A stretch of DNA of 64,000 nt from Escherichia coli (GTDB taxonomy: Bacteria > Pseudomonadota > Gammaproteobacteria > Enterobacterales > Enterobacteriaceae). Each line of letters opens with the position of its first letter. Within the stretch, counting starts at the first letter, position 1. The stretch lies in the NCBI GenBank assembly GCA_902499925.1, contig GCA_902499925.1_4130.1. One strand, written 5' to 3'. Position numbers and translations under genes: made by a program. This document shows, piece after piece, positions 29,841 to 38,455 of the stretch. The notes beneath the pieces are model-generated. The model saw nothing but the letters and a program-made list of their open reading frames with translations, searched no databases and was not told the origin of the DNA.

Positions 29841-30050
29841 TTAATCCTTCGTTACGCTTACGATTATCTGTGTATCCCCATAGTCCTGCCATACTTCCAC
29901 GCCAGCCGCCGCCCTGGTTAGTCGTGCTGTCATCTGCTTAATGGTCTTAGGCTTTAGTGGAACCTGTTGCAGTACTGTACGCATAGCACTATCGACGTTA
30001 TCATGTACGCCTGCAATAGTGCCTAGAACGTTGTATACTGTATAGATCAT
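29841..30050 (-). CDS. Hypothetical protein
   Basis: 69-aa ORF; AGGAG upstream; composition shifts to higher G+C here. Confidence 0.6.
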   Translation of the reverse strand: MIYTVYNVLGTIAGVHDNVDSAMRTVLQQVPLKPKTIKQMTARLTRAAAGVEVWQDYGDTQIIVSVTKD

Positions 30051-30118
30051 GTGTATGTACTCCTGATATAGTTAAGGCCGCTAGAGAGCGGCCTATGATG
30101 TTTGATGATGTGTAACGC

Positions 30119-30520
30119 TTACAACCCTAAGATAGTACGTGCTTCGTTGCGTTCCGTCCACAACTGCATGATGTGAGCAAGTAAGTCCTTGCTAATGTAT
30201 CCGGTGTTCATAGCTTCACGGATAGATACATCATAAGCACCGAAGCCAGTGCGAACGATACGCACATCATTCAGGTTAGTGTTATAGATACCGCCGAGAT
30301 CAACGGCTTCGAATACTGCATCAACAGAATATTCATTGTTGCCATCGTTGAAGTTTTCCAGTGCAATAGTATTGGATACCGCCCAACGTTTGCAGTTTCC
30401 AATGATGCGGCACTGTTCCGGTTGGATAGTGCCATTACTTACAGCGTACTCCAGTGCATCTTTACCAAAAGTCCGAGCCAGTACTAAAACGTCAGCGAAG
30501 GAAGTGATTGAGAAGGTCAT
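30119..30520 (-). CDS. Hypothetical protein
   Basis: Start set at ATG 7 nt after TAAGGAG; track N-terminal extension is the promoter/hairpin read through. Confidence 0.7.
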   Translation of the reverse strand: MTFSITSFADVLVLARTFGKDALEYAVSNGTIQPEQCRIIGNCKRWAVSNTIALENFNDGNNEYSVDAVFEAVDLGGIYNTNLNDVRIVRTGFGAYDVSIREAMNTGYISKDLLAHIMQLWTERNEARTILGL

Positions 30521-30540
30521 GATAAAACTCCTTAATTTAG

Positions 30541-30610
30541 GAGGGAGAACCATTTCCCCCTCTCTATGTAAAACATTATACATGAATCTAAGTACTATGC
30601 AAGTACTTTT
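30541..30610 (-). promoter_or_regulatory. Promoter (TTGCAT-N16-TATAAT) plus 5' leader palindrome
   Basis: Minus-strand reading: AAAAAGTACTTGCATAGTACTTAGATTCATGTATAAT then GGGGGAAATGGTTCTCCC then TAAGGAG. Confidence 0.55.
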
Positions 30611-30942
30611 TACATTTTGATACCTGGATTCAGGTAGCGGTGAGATCCATATTCTGGATCGGTTTCGGCCCAGTACTGTAAATCTATAGTACCTTTAGCG
30701 TTAATCTTGTCTACCAGCTTATTCATCTTAGCGTATACTACATCAGCATCGATGCGTTTAAAGCCAGTGGCTTTAGTGAAGTAGTAGTGATTTGCTTCAC
30801 TATCATTAAGGATGTACCGAGCACCGTTTGCCGTTTGTGCAATAATGATTGAGTATTCTACGTTACGGTCGAGGCCGTCAATGAATACAGAGGAAACATT
30901 AGTACGGATGAAAGCTTTAACGATAGCGATTGAAGTAGTCAT
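30610..30942 (-). CDS. Hypothetical protein
   Basis: 110-aa ORF; upstream TTGACA-N17-GATAAT and AGGAG. Confidence 0.7.
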   Translation of the reverse strand: MTTSIAIVKAFIRTNVSSVFIDGLDRNVEYSIIIAQTANGARYILNDSEANHYYFTKATGFKRIDADVVYAKMNKLVDKINAKGTIDLQYWAETDPEYGSHRYLNPGIKM

Positions 30943-31094
30943 TTTGAATCTCCTAACTTTGTGGGCCGTCGCACCGTTGCCGCCCTACGAGATACATTAT
31001 CGCAGTACTGATATACTTTGTCAATACTTTTTTATTAATAGTTTCCACTCCACCAGCAGATAGTTACTCACCGTTATTAACTATATATTTTGGG

Positions 31095-31180
31095 TACACC
31101 TATGCACCCTGTGGGCTAGTTTTTGTCTATGCGTATATAATAGCAAAGGGACTGACCGGAGTCAATCCCTTTTTTTATTC
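31095..31180. repeat. Copy A of ~90-bp intergenic repeat (GCACCCTGTGGGC motif + AAAGGGACTGACCGGAGTCAATCCCTTTTTT hairpin)
   Basis: Near-identical copies at ~33350, ~36615 and ~40624. Confidence 0.6.
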
Positions 31181-31187
31181 TTTTTTG

Positions 31188-31388
31188 TTAGATGATTCTC
31201 CAATCATCAACGATCATGGTAAGATACCGAACCAGTGATCCGAGTGATTCGTGTTCTCGATAGTCTGCCGCTCCACCAGCGGTACAAGTACAGCCGATTA
31301 AGCCGTTTTGTAGTTCCTGGATCTTTACGTCGATCTGGTTGGCTTTAGCTTCTTTCAGTACTTCAACCAGGGCGATAGCGATAGACAT
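31188..31388 (-). CDS. Hypothetical protein
   Basis: 66-aa ORF with own promoter and leader hairpin. Confidence 0.65.
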   Translation of the reverse strand: MSIAIALVEVLKEAKANQIDVKIQELQNGLIGCTCTAGGAADYREHESLGSLVRYLTMIVDDWRII

Positions 31389-31410
31389 AATGTTTTACTC
31401 CAAACTATTG

Positions 31411-31472
31411 GCGGGAGAACTATTCCCCCGCTCTATGTAAAACATTATACATTACTGGTTAGTACTGTCAAA
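31411..31472 (-). promoter_or_regulatory. Promoter (TTGACA-N16-TATAAT) plus leader palindrome GGCGGGAGAACTATTCCCCCGC
   Basis: Read on minus strand immediately upstream of gene start 31388. Confidence 0.55.
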
Positions 31473-31478
31473 TAGTTT

Positions 31479-31736
31479 TTATGAAATATCTTCGATGTAG
31501 TCGGCCCATTTCATTTTTTCAGTACTGTCAATGGCGACCGGATTATTTGGATCAAACCATTCACCATCACCGCAATACATACCCACGGCTACGGTTTTAT
31601 AGCCATCCTGGGCCGCACTCCACGACATTGCACGATAGATATGGCCTTTAACTGGTTGCAGTACTGGTAACGTTTTATGGTCTTCTACGTAGGCCATAGC
31701 TTGAGGATTTACCCGATATTGTGTGAACTGATCCAT
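31479..31736 (-). CDS. Hypothetical protein
   Basis: 85-aa ORF. Confidence 0.65.
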   Translation of the reverse strand: MDQFTQYRVNPQAMAYVEDHKTLPVLQPVKGHIYRAMSWSAAQDGYKTVAVGMYCGDGEWFDPNNPVAIDSTEKMKWADYIEDIS

Positions 31737-31812
31737 TATGTTTCCCCTTGTAGTTAGTAAAGTTATTACATCAGTACTATCAAGCTATGTCAATAGTACT
31801 GAAATAAAACTT

Positions 31813-32037
31813 TTAGATTAGATTATTGAGGCCGTCAATGGTAGACTCACTTTCTTCTTTCTCCCATTGTCGGTAGTACTTCCATGCTTCATGATAGGTG
31901 GCGATTAGTTCATCTTTTTGATCCTGGTTACATGCCAGTACTGAATCACGGTGAGCGGTGTTATAGATAGAATCGAATGATTTCTTCTCTTCTGCCAGGT
32001 TAGCTACTTCCCGCATCAGTTCATCAAAGTTAGCCAT
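31813..32037 (-). CDS. Hypothetical protein
   Basis: 74-aa ORF; leader palindrome GGGGGAGGATATCTCCCCC upstream. Confidence 0.65.
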   Translation of the reverse strand: MANFDELMREVANLAEEKKSFDSIYNTAHRDSVLACNQDQKDELIATYHEAWKYYRQWEKEESESTIDGLNNLI

Positions 32038-32104
32038 TTTATTACTCCTTTTAGTGGGGGAGGATATCTCCCCCTATGCAAAACATTATACGCTTTATTC
32101 AGTA

Positions 32105-32368
32105 CTATGCAAGTACTTTTTTCATATAAAGATTATATTCTACACCGCCGTAACCTTCTACGATGATATGTTTTGCGTTATCACGTTTGCATATAGTAAA
32201 GGCATCGTTGACGTGTTTTGCATTTTCCAGGGCAACATCGCCGATAGCGGCACATACTGAACTAATAACGATATTCCGCAAAGTACTGGTATCATTAGCG
32301 GTCATAGTAGTTTGCAGTACTACGTTGTCGTATACGTGTGCATTGATAGTGATTTCGATAGTGTTCAT
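32105..32368 (-). CDS. Hypothetical protein
   Basis: Start set at MNTIEIT preceded by AGGAG; track extension MFYIERGKWF... is the translated promoter/hairpin. Confidence 0.7.
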   Translation of the reverse strand: MNTIEITINAHVYDNVVLQTTMTANDTSTLRNIVISSVCAAIGDVALENAKHVNDAFTICKRDNAKHIIVEGYGGVEYNLYMKKVLA

Positions 32369-32455
32369 GGTGTATCTCCTGGACTTGAGGGGAAACCATT
32401 TCCCCCTCTCGATATAAAACATTATACGTTAATCTAACTACAATGCAAGTACTTT

Positions 32456-32647
32456 TTAAATTTTATTTCCGATATAGTCCGGTCTATTCTTTTCGGTCAT
32501 ACGCTTTGCTAATGATTGCATATGGCTTATTGCGTTTAATGTGTCTTCCTCCAGGGATGAATCAACATAATCAGGATCATTCTTCACCTTGCAATGATTA
32601 TGATATCGTAGTACTGCCAGTACTTTTTTAACTTCTTCAACTGTCAT
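32456..32647 (-). CDS. Hypothetical protein
   Basis: 63-aa ORF; ATGA overlap with upstream gene. Confidence 0.6.
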   Translation of the reverse strand: MTVEEVKKVLAVLRYHNHCKVKNDPDYVDSSLEEDTLNAISHMQSLAKRMTEKNRPDYIGNKI

Positions 32648-32916
32648 AATAAGTATTCCACTTCGTTAGCTTTCAGGTTAGTATCAATCATCAGTGGATT
32701 TTTGTAGTTCACAAAACGAGTAGTTTTCTCGATAGCGAATCCCATATAATCCAGCTTACTAACAGTACATTCATTCTTAAAAACTTCTTTCGCTGCATCG
32801 ATGGCTGATTGCATGGATAACCGCCCATCTAAGTTAATATTTCCAAATGATCCACCAGCAGAAGTAGGATTACCGTTCATATCTTTAATGATCATAGTAG
32901 CGGAGTAGCTGGACAT
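32644..32916 (-). CDS. Hypothetical protein
   Basis: 90-aa ORF. Confidence 0.65.
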   Translation of the reverse strand: MSSYSATMIIKDMNGNPTSAGGSFGNINLDGRLSMQSAIDAAKEVFKNECTVSKLDYMGFAIEKTTRFVNYKNPLMIDTNLKANEVEYLL

Positions 32917-32937
32917 AATTTTGTTTCCTTTTAGTAT

Positions 32938-32997
32938 CGGGGAGAACTATTCTCCCCTTGATGTAAACTATTATACAGTACTAATATACTTTGTCAA
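32938..32997 (-). promoter_or_regulatory. Promoter (TTGACA-N16-TATAAT) plus leader palindrome GGGGAGAA-cta-TTCTCCCC
   Basis: Hexamers and perfect 8-bp inverted repeat read directly upstream of gene start 32916. Confidence 0.6.
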
Positions 32998-33000
32998 TAC

Positions 33001-33222
33001 TTAATTACGTTTAAAATGATATGTGCCTTTATCATCCTGTACGCCCCATACTGATTTACCATCAACACCAGTGAAACCGGATTGTAATTCAATATGGAAA
33101 CCATTATTATCAACTACAAAAACTTTTTTATTTTCATCCCGATAACATTGATATTCTGAATCAACATTAAAGGCCGCATCATTCAGAAGATTGGAAGCGT
33201 AAATGCAAGTCATTGTAGTCAT
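33001..33222 (-). CDS. Hypothetical protein
   Basis: Start set at MTTMTCIY after AAGGAA. Confidence 0.65.
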   Translation of the reverse strand: MTTMTCIYASNLLNDAAFNVDSEYQCYRDENKKVFVVDNNGFHIELQSGFTGVDGKSVWGVQDDKGTYHFKRN

Positions 33223-33349
33223 GATTTTATTCCTTAATATACCAGGGAGAACCATTTCCCCCTCTCGATATAAAACATTATACTTGATTCTAAGTACAAT
33301 GCAAGTACTTTTTTAAAAATAGTTTTCAGTACTGAATACTTATATAATA

Positions 33350-33438
33350 TATACACTTCCGCACCCTATGGGTCAGTGAGTTATCTCTCAATGAATATAT
33401 AATAGCAAAGGGACTGACCGGAGTCAATCCCTTTTTTA
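33350..33438. repeat. Copy B of ~90-bp intergenic repeat
   Basis: GCACCCTATGGGTCAGTGAG...TATAATAGCAAAGGGACTGACCGGAGTCAATCCCTTTTTT. Confidence 0.6.
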
Positions 33439-33445
33439 ATCTTTT

Positions 33446-34030
33446 TTATCGTGTTACCTTACTTGCTTCTACATCACGCTTTTTATAGTACTGATTCCAG
33501 ATATTGCGGGTTAAACCGTAATCAAGTACTTTAATAAGTCCATTACGATCCTGGCCGATATTCTGTTTTCTGATATCTCTTATCGTTAGTGTTGATAATG
33601 TATCATCAACGTGTTGTAGTGCATCAGCAAAGCGGTGCTGGCGTTCGATTGCATTACGTTTAATATTGTACTTTAATTCGTTGCACGCGTTAACGTGCTT
33701 CACACTGCCTTTACTTGCAGTACTCAACCGATCCATAACGATAAACATATTATCAGGATCGCATAAATGCATATGCACCTTTGCAAAGTACTGTTTCAAC
33801 TGAGGGCGGTCATAGTCTAAAAAATTCCATACCTTACATTCAGTTTCATTTTGTTCTACACCCGCATCACAATTCGCGACCTTAATCACTAACCGATCAT
33901 TTAAAGCGAAAACTATACGGGAAGAACCAGCACCGATGATCTCCAGGCCAGCTAACCGACAAGCTGAAAGGATCTCTTTGTTGGTTTCCATTTCTGACAG
34001 TGTACGGATGAATTTAGTATAATTACGCAT
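33446..34030 (-). CDS. Putative Ser/Thr protein kinase-like protein
   Basis: Gly-rich loop 'GAGSSRIVF', 'VIKVAN', catalytic-loop-like 'RDIRKQNIG' and DFG-like 'LDYGL'; start at MRNYTKF after GGAG. Confidence 0.6.
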   Translation of the reverse strand: MRNYTKFIRTLSEMETNKEILSACRLAGLEIIGAGSSRIVFALNDRLVIKVANCDAGVEQNETECKVWNFLDYDRPQLKQYFAKVHMHLCDPDNMFIVMDRLSTASKGSVKHVNACNELKYNIKRNAIERQHRFADALQHVDDTLSTLTIRDIRKQNIGQDRNGLIKVLDYGLTRNIWNQYYKKRDVEASKVTR

Positions 34031-34061
34031 TGTTTTATCTCCTTGAGTTAATGAAACTATA

Positions 34062-34304
34062 TTACAGTACTTTACTATCAATGGCAACTACTTTTTTAAC
34101 ATTAACGGCGTGGATCACTTCCTTCGTGTTTTTAGTACTGAATACTTTCGCCGCACCATTCACGACCGTGATACGATAGCGACCATTAACATCAACCATA
34201 TTAATAAAGTCCGGCGTGCTGAATGGTGTTGTTTTACATTTCAGTACTGTTAACAGTTCCACCAGCGATGTAGTTTCTTTGATACGTTTTTCTAAAGTAA
34301 TCAT
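34062..34304 (-). CDS. Hypothetical protein
   Basis: Start at MITLEKRIKE; track ORF begins at a TTG inside the upstream leader. Confidence 0.6.
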   Translation of the reverse strand: MITLEKRIKETTSLVELLTVLKCKTTPFSTPDFINMVDVNGRYRITVVNGAAKVFSTKNTKEVIHAVNVKKVVAIDSKVL

Positions 34305-34361
34305 TTTGTTTCCCCCGTGTTGGTATGTACATATAGTACTAAAACATTTGAGTACTGTCAA

Positions 34362-34580
34362 TTAGATAATATTATATTTCTTAAAATAAAATGCGTCCTG
34401 TGTTGGTTGATACTCGATACCGTTACCGTTATTGACTTCAACTAATAAACCTTTGTCAATAAGTTTTTTAATAGTACGATACCCTTGTTGAAAATTGGTA
34501 AAATGTGAATCATTACGAAAGGTATAACCGTGCTTAACTGCTTCATCAATAGTTTTCTTTTCGATTTTAGATAATTTCAT
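34362..34580 (-). CDS. Hypothetical protein
   Basis: Start at MKLSKIEKK; upstream leader duplicated from the previous gene. Confidence 0.6.
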   Translation of the reverse strand: MKLSKIEKKTIDEAVKHGYTFRNDSHFTNFQQGYRTIKKLIDKGLLVEVNNGNGIEYQPTQDAFYFKKYNII

Positions 34581-34633
34581 TTTGTTTCTCCCGTGTTGGT
34601 ATATGTACATAGTACTAAAACAATTGAGTACTG

Positions 34634-34888
34634 TCAACGTGATATTAGTTTTATTTTCTTATTATATTGTTGGTGTTCATATAGGTTTATCTTTCCTGTG
34701 TTCTCTATTACTATTCTGTTGTTAGTGTCTACATCGATTACACGCAGTTTTCCGTTGCTTAACTTCCTTGGTAATAGGTTACCATTAATAAACTCATTAG
34801 CAAGCTGTACGGCCTTTGTGATGATTCTCTGAGGTGCTTTATAGTGTACCCGCAAGATATTATCTTTATATAGTTGAACCTTAATCAT
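34634..34888 (-). CDS. Hypothetical protein
   Basis: 84-aa ORF directly after a terminator hairpin. Confidence 0.65.
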   Translation of the reverse strand: MIKVQLYKDNILRVHYKAPQRIITKAVQLANEFINGNLLPRKLSNGKLRVIDVDTNNRIVIENTGKINLYEHQQYNKKIKLISR

Positions 34889-34902
34889 TTTAGTTTATCC
34901 TA

Positions 34903-34928
34903 TAAAAAAGGCGGGAACTGATCCCGCC
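34903..34928 (-). terminator. Rho-independent terminator
   Basis: GGCGGGATCAGTTCCCGCC followed by TTTTTT on minus strand. Confidence 0.6.
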
Positions 34929-34950
34929 GTGTTGTTAGTACTGCAAGTTA

Positions 34951-35346
34951 TTAGATAACCTGGCGGCGTTTACTGTATACTGTTACACGATTACCCTTAC
35001 GGTCGTGTCGGATCTCTTTCTGGTTGCGAATCAGTTCACTTGGACGCTTAAGGTTTGCCAGGTGATCCGCGTGAGTCCAAGCGGTATGGTTTACCTGTAC
35101 TTTGATATCAGAACCAGCGATAAACTCATCTTGTGCGTTAAGTACTGCCGCCAGATCTTCCGCTCGTTTTAGTTCTGCTGCTGTTAGTACTGGCTCAGGT
35201 GAATTCACAATATCAGAGATCTCTTTGAACTGTACGGCCCAACGTTGGCCTTTCGGTGCATCTTTGCCCATGTCTTTAAATGCTGCTCCTTCCTCGCGTG
35301 CAACAATACGGGCAGCTTCACGGGTAGCGTAGAATTTAGTAATCAT
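34951..35346 (-). CDS. Hypothetical protein (paralog of 47602..47865)
   Basis: Shares 'YFATREAARI...FKDMG' and 'DRKGNRVTVY' with 47602..47865; start at MITKFYATRE after AGGA. Confidence 0.65.
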   Translation of the reverse strand: MITKFYATREAARIVAREEGAAFKDMGKDAPKGQRWAVQFKEISDIVNSPEPVLTAAELKRAEDLAAVLNAQDEFIAGSDIKVQVNHTAWTHADHLANLKRPSELIRNQKEIRHDRKGNRVTVYSKRRQVI

Positions 35347-35441
35347 GGTATACATCCTATTAGTTAAGTTAGTACTACAAGTTAGAGTCTATTATAAAGT
35401 ACTATCTGGGCAATGTCAAATAGTACTTTAAATGGATTCTA

Positions 35442-35765
35442 TTACATGTCTTTCTTACGTTTTACATCGTAGTAGCGAACTGTTATTTCTTTGTTAATCT
35501 CTTTTTCGATGTGGTGAATAACTTTTTCTTTCGGGTTGAAACCTATAACGGTTTCTTTAATGATCTCCAAACCAGTGTATTCGCCTTGTGTGCCGTAACC
35601 GTATGTAAAGGTTTCATGTCCCAGGTCTTCCCAGCGGTCGCCAATTAACGCAGACACGTAGCAAGAGTGGTAAGTATTGCCGTGTGAATCAGTCCACCGA
35701 TTAACTTTAATGTCAAAGGAGGTTACAATTTTCAATTCTACTTTCTGGGCAAGGATCATAGCCAT
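35442..35765 (-). CDS. Hypothetical protein (paralog of 42290..42613)
   Basis: Shares 'RWTDSHGNTYHSC.VS' and 'FTYGYG' with 42290..42613. Confidence 0.7.
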   Translation of the reverse strand: MAMILAQKVELKIVTSFDIKVNRWTDSHGNTYHSCYVSALIGDRWEDLGHETFTYGYGTQGEYTGLEIIKETVIGFNPKEKVIHHIEKEINKEITVRYYDVKRKKDM

Positions 35766-35852
35766 TTTTATTTCTCTCTTTTAGTTAGGAGGGGAACCAT
35801 TCCCCTCACTTGATGTAAACTATTATACAGTACTAAGATACTTTGTCAATAC

Positions 35853-36035
35853 TTATTTTTTGGAAAGTTTACGCATTAATTCTACGCTTTCTTGTGAACG
35901 TTTTGCTACCTGGCAAGCTGCATGGACAGTAAACATTTTTGTATAGTCTGACGCTTTGCCACCGAACCGAGCGGCACGTTCACGGGCACTTGGAACTAAT
36001 ACTATTTCTTTCTTGCAGATAGTGCACTTAGCCAT
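35853..36035 (-). CDS. Small Cys-rich (zinc-ribbon-like) protein
   Basis: MAKCTICKK...HAACQ; start set 45 nt inside track ORF. Confidence 0.55.
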   Translation of the reverse strand: MAKCTICKKEIVLVPSARERAARFGGKASDYTKMFTVHAACQVAKRSQESVELMRKLSKK

Positions 36036-36123
36036 TTTTATTTCTCTCTCTTTGTTAGGAGGGGAACCGTTTCCCCTCACTCGATGTAAACTATTATACA
36101 GTACTAAGATACTTTGTCAATAC

Positions 36124-36399
36124 TTAATTATTGTAAATGTCGTGAATAGTGATAAAGTTTTTACGACCGTAAACCTGCAAATCAATATCAATGTAGTGCT
36201 TATCTAGTACATCCTCGACGCTTAACGCGGTGTCGTGGATATCTTCGTAGAATTGAGGATCTACAATCTTGCTTAAGTCATCCGGCGTTAACTTATCGTT
36301 AAGCCATTGAACCGCCTGGATATCTGCTTCACGTTTCCAGTCTTCCAGGTTAGTAGTCAGTACTTGTTCGATTTCGTTAGCTGTCAGTAGAATCCGCAT
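36124..36399 (-). CDS. Hypothetical protein
   Basis: 91-aa ORF downstream of tandem promoters and structured leader. Confidence 0.65.
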   Translation of the reverse strand: MRILLTANEIEQVLTTNLEDWKREADIQAVQWLNDKLTPDDLSKIVDPQFYEDIHDTALSVEDVLDKHYIDIDLQVYGRKNFITIHDIYNN

Positions 36400-36423
36400 T
36401 TTTATGTTTCCTTATCAGTGGTT

Positions 36424-36600
36424 GATGTAAGTATTATACTCTTTTACTTTCTATTGTCAAACTATTTTATCAGGGGAGGTTTTCTTATGTCTTACTCCTG
36501 GACTACTTAACGGGGTTACTTGTTTCGTTCCCCGTCCTGATGTAAAACATTATACTTGATTCTAAGTACAATGCAAGTACTTTTTTAAAAATAGTTTTCA
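36424..36600 (-). promoter_or_regulatory. Tandem promoters flanking a ~70-nt conserved structured leader element
   Basis: Two TTGACA/TTGCAT-N16-17-TATAAT promoters; between them CAGGACGGGGAACGAAAC...CCTCCCCTG, repeated at ~46925-46998. Confidence 0.5.
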
Positions 36601-36614
36601 GTACTAGCCACCAG

Positions 36615-36706
36615 CATATAATAGATACATTTATGCACCCTGTGGGCTGATTTGTTTCTATGCGTATATAATAGCAAAGGGACTGACCGGAGTCAATCCC
36701 TTTTTC
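36615..36706. repeat. Copy C of ~90-bp intergenic repeat
   Basis: TATAATAGATACATTTATGCACCCTGTGGGCT...AAAGGGACTGACCGGAGTCAATCCCTTTTT. Confidence 0.6.
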
Positions 36707-36714
36707 AATTATTT

Positions 36715-36864
36715 TTAAACTTCTTTCGGGTTGCGATAGGTGATAGCGTTCGGGTACATTTGTTTAATGTTATTCCATGCCTGGTTAACATTGTAACCAC
36801 TTGAGCGAATCAGTTGGTTACTACCGACACCTTGAAACACTACTTCGAATAAGAATTCTTTCAT
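36715..36864 (-). CDS. Small hypothetical protein (~49 aa), not in ORF track
   Basis: ATG overlaps stop of upstream gene (ATGA); translation MKEFLFEVVFQGVGSNQLIRSSGYNVNQAWNN... Confidence 0.45.
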   Translation of the reverse strand: MKEFLFEVVFQGVGSNQLIRSSGYNVNQAWNNIKQMYPNAITYRNPKEV

Positions 36865-37034
36865 GCTTTCACCTCGCGATCTGCTTTACCTTTACGCCAG
36901 GACATTACTAATTGTTCGCGTTGCCATAAGTCGAGTGATACAAAAAGTTTTGCGGTATCACTTTTAGGATACTCGCCATTAGTACCTAACCGATAAAACA
37001 GATCTTTCAGTACTGATAATTCTACTTGGATCAT
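36861..37034 (-). CDS. Hypothetical small protein
   Basis: Start at MIQVELSVLKD; track extension is the translated leader hairpin. Confidence 0.55.
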   Translation of the reverse strand: MIQVELSVLKDLFYRLGTNGEYPKSDTAKLFVSLDLWQREQLVMSWRKGKADREVKA

Positions 37035-37120
37035 TATACTTTCCTCTTTGTTGGGAGGGGAACTATTCCCCTCTCGATATAAAACATTATACACTTTATT
37101 CAGTACTGTGCAAGTACTTT

Positions 37121-37333
37121 TTAATCTTTCAGCCAATGATCCTGAATGAATTTTTCGCCGGAACCTTGCTGCATAGATTGTAACAGACGTTCACGATGAG
37201 CGGCGGCGAATTGCTCAGTACTATGCGTTACACCTGGTTGATATCTGGATTCACCATTGGGGGCGATGTATTGTACATCCCACGGTTTTTCGTTAGTATC
37301 AGACCATTTACGAACGATTAGTTGACCTTGCAT
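37121..37333 (-). CDS. Hypothetical protein
   Basis: 70-aa ORF with promoter and GGGGAGAATCATTTCTCCCC leader. Confidence 0.65.
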   Translation of the reverse strand: MQGQLIVRKWSDTNEKPWDVQYIAPNGESRYQPGVTHSTEQFAAAHRERLLQSMQQGSGEKFIQDHWLKD

Positions 37334-37416
37334 TTTTCTTTCCTCTTAGTGGGGAGAATCATTTCTCCCCTTCATGTAAACTATTATACAGTACTAGATT
37401 ATCTTGTCAATAGTTT

Positions 37417-37740
37417 TTATTCACCTTGTTTGAATTTAGTTTTCTCCATTGATTCCATGATTGCAACCAATACACCGTGGATCTCGCTTAACGCGGAATC
37501 ACTAAAAGCATTAATGAATAGTCGATCATTCTCGCGAATATTTTTAATGTACTTTTCAGCAGTAGTTGCGAATTCATTCAACGGTAGATCAAATGCTTTA
37601 TCCCATGATGGATGGCGTAATTGTAACAGTACTGGATTATCACGATCACCAGGGGAAAACGTACCAGTGATGAAACATACGCCCGGAATACTTTCGAACT
37701 GGCAACGGACTTCCTTTGTGATAGTAGTATGAATGTACAT
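37417..37740 (-). CDS. Hypothetical protein
   Basis: 107-aa ORF; GAGGA SD; likely co-transcribed with 37768..37956. Confidence 0.65.
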   Translation of the reverse strand: MYIHTTITKEVRCQFESIPGVCFITGTFSPGDRDNPVLLQLRHPSWDKAFDLPLNEFATTAEKYIKNIRENDRLFINAFSDSALSEIHGVLVAIMESMEKTKFKQGE

Positions 37741-37767
37741 TTATTGTTATCCTCTATTAAATTAATA

Positions 37768-37956
37768 TTACAGTTTATGAATCAATTCTTTATCTAAGCG
37801 ATAGCGTACATTATTAATGGTAACAGCATTATTTTTAATGCTACGCTGTACAGGTCCACCAGCAATAACAAATGTTGCTTTATTACCCCGAACAATGATA
37901 GCACTTCCAGGATTACCGAAATCATCTTGTACTAAAATACTTGATAAGTTTTCCAT
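37768..37956 (-). CDS. Hypothetical protein
   Basis: 62-aa ORF; promoter TTGCAT...TATAGT and leader hairpin upstream. Confidence 0.6.
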   Translation of the reverse strand: MENLSSILVQDDFGNPGSAIIVRGNKATFVIAGGPVQRSIKNNAVTINNVRYRLDKELIHKL

Positions 37957-38034
37957 TTTTATTTCCTCTTAGTAGGGGAAGATGTTTCCCCTTGATGTAA
38001 GTACTATAACAGTACTGAAAACTAAATGCAAGTA

Positions 38035-38391
38035 CTATGATAAAATCATGATAGGATATTCACTATCGATCAGTACCTCGAATCCGAAACCTTCGTACCA
38101 TTCTTTAAGATTAAAGGCGTTATCTTCTCCCGTATCGCATTCTAAGATGATACAATCTGAATCATCAGCGGCATCGATAAAGGCATTCATTAATTCGTTA
38201 CCTTCACCATTGCCCCGACTATCAGGATCAACATAAAGAGAATCAATAAACGCTACACGGTCATAATCAAGATCCGGTGCAATGATTCCACGTTTAACAA
38301 ACCAGTACTGCAATTGTGCTACTTTGCCCTGTACTTGATAGCCAGTGATCTCGCCATTGTCAGTAGTACGCGTGATATGTTGTATTCCCAT
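38035..38391 (-). CDS. Putative GNAT-family N-acetyltransferase-like protein
   Basis: 'IDSLYVDPDSRGNGEGNELMNAF' resembles acetyl-CoA-binding motif A; TTGACA-N16-TATAAT upstream. Confidence 0.55.
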   Translation of the reverse strand: MGIQHITRTTDNGEITGYQVQGKVAQLQYWFVKRGIIAPDLDYDRVAFIDSLYVDPDSRGNGEGNELMNAFIDAADDSDCIILECDTGEDNAFNLKEWYEGFGFEVLIDSEYPIMILS

Positions 38392-38455
38392 GATTACTAT
38401 CCTCAGTTAAGATATAAAACATTATACACTATCTTTCAGTACTGTCAATTACTTT

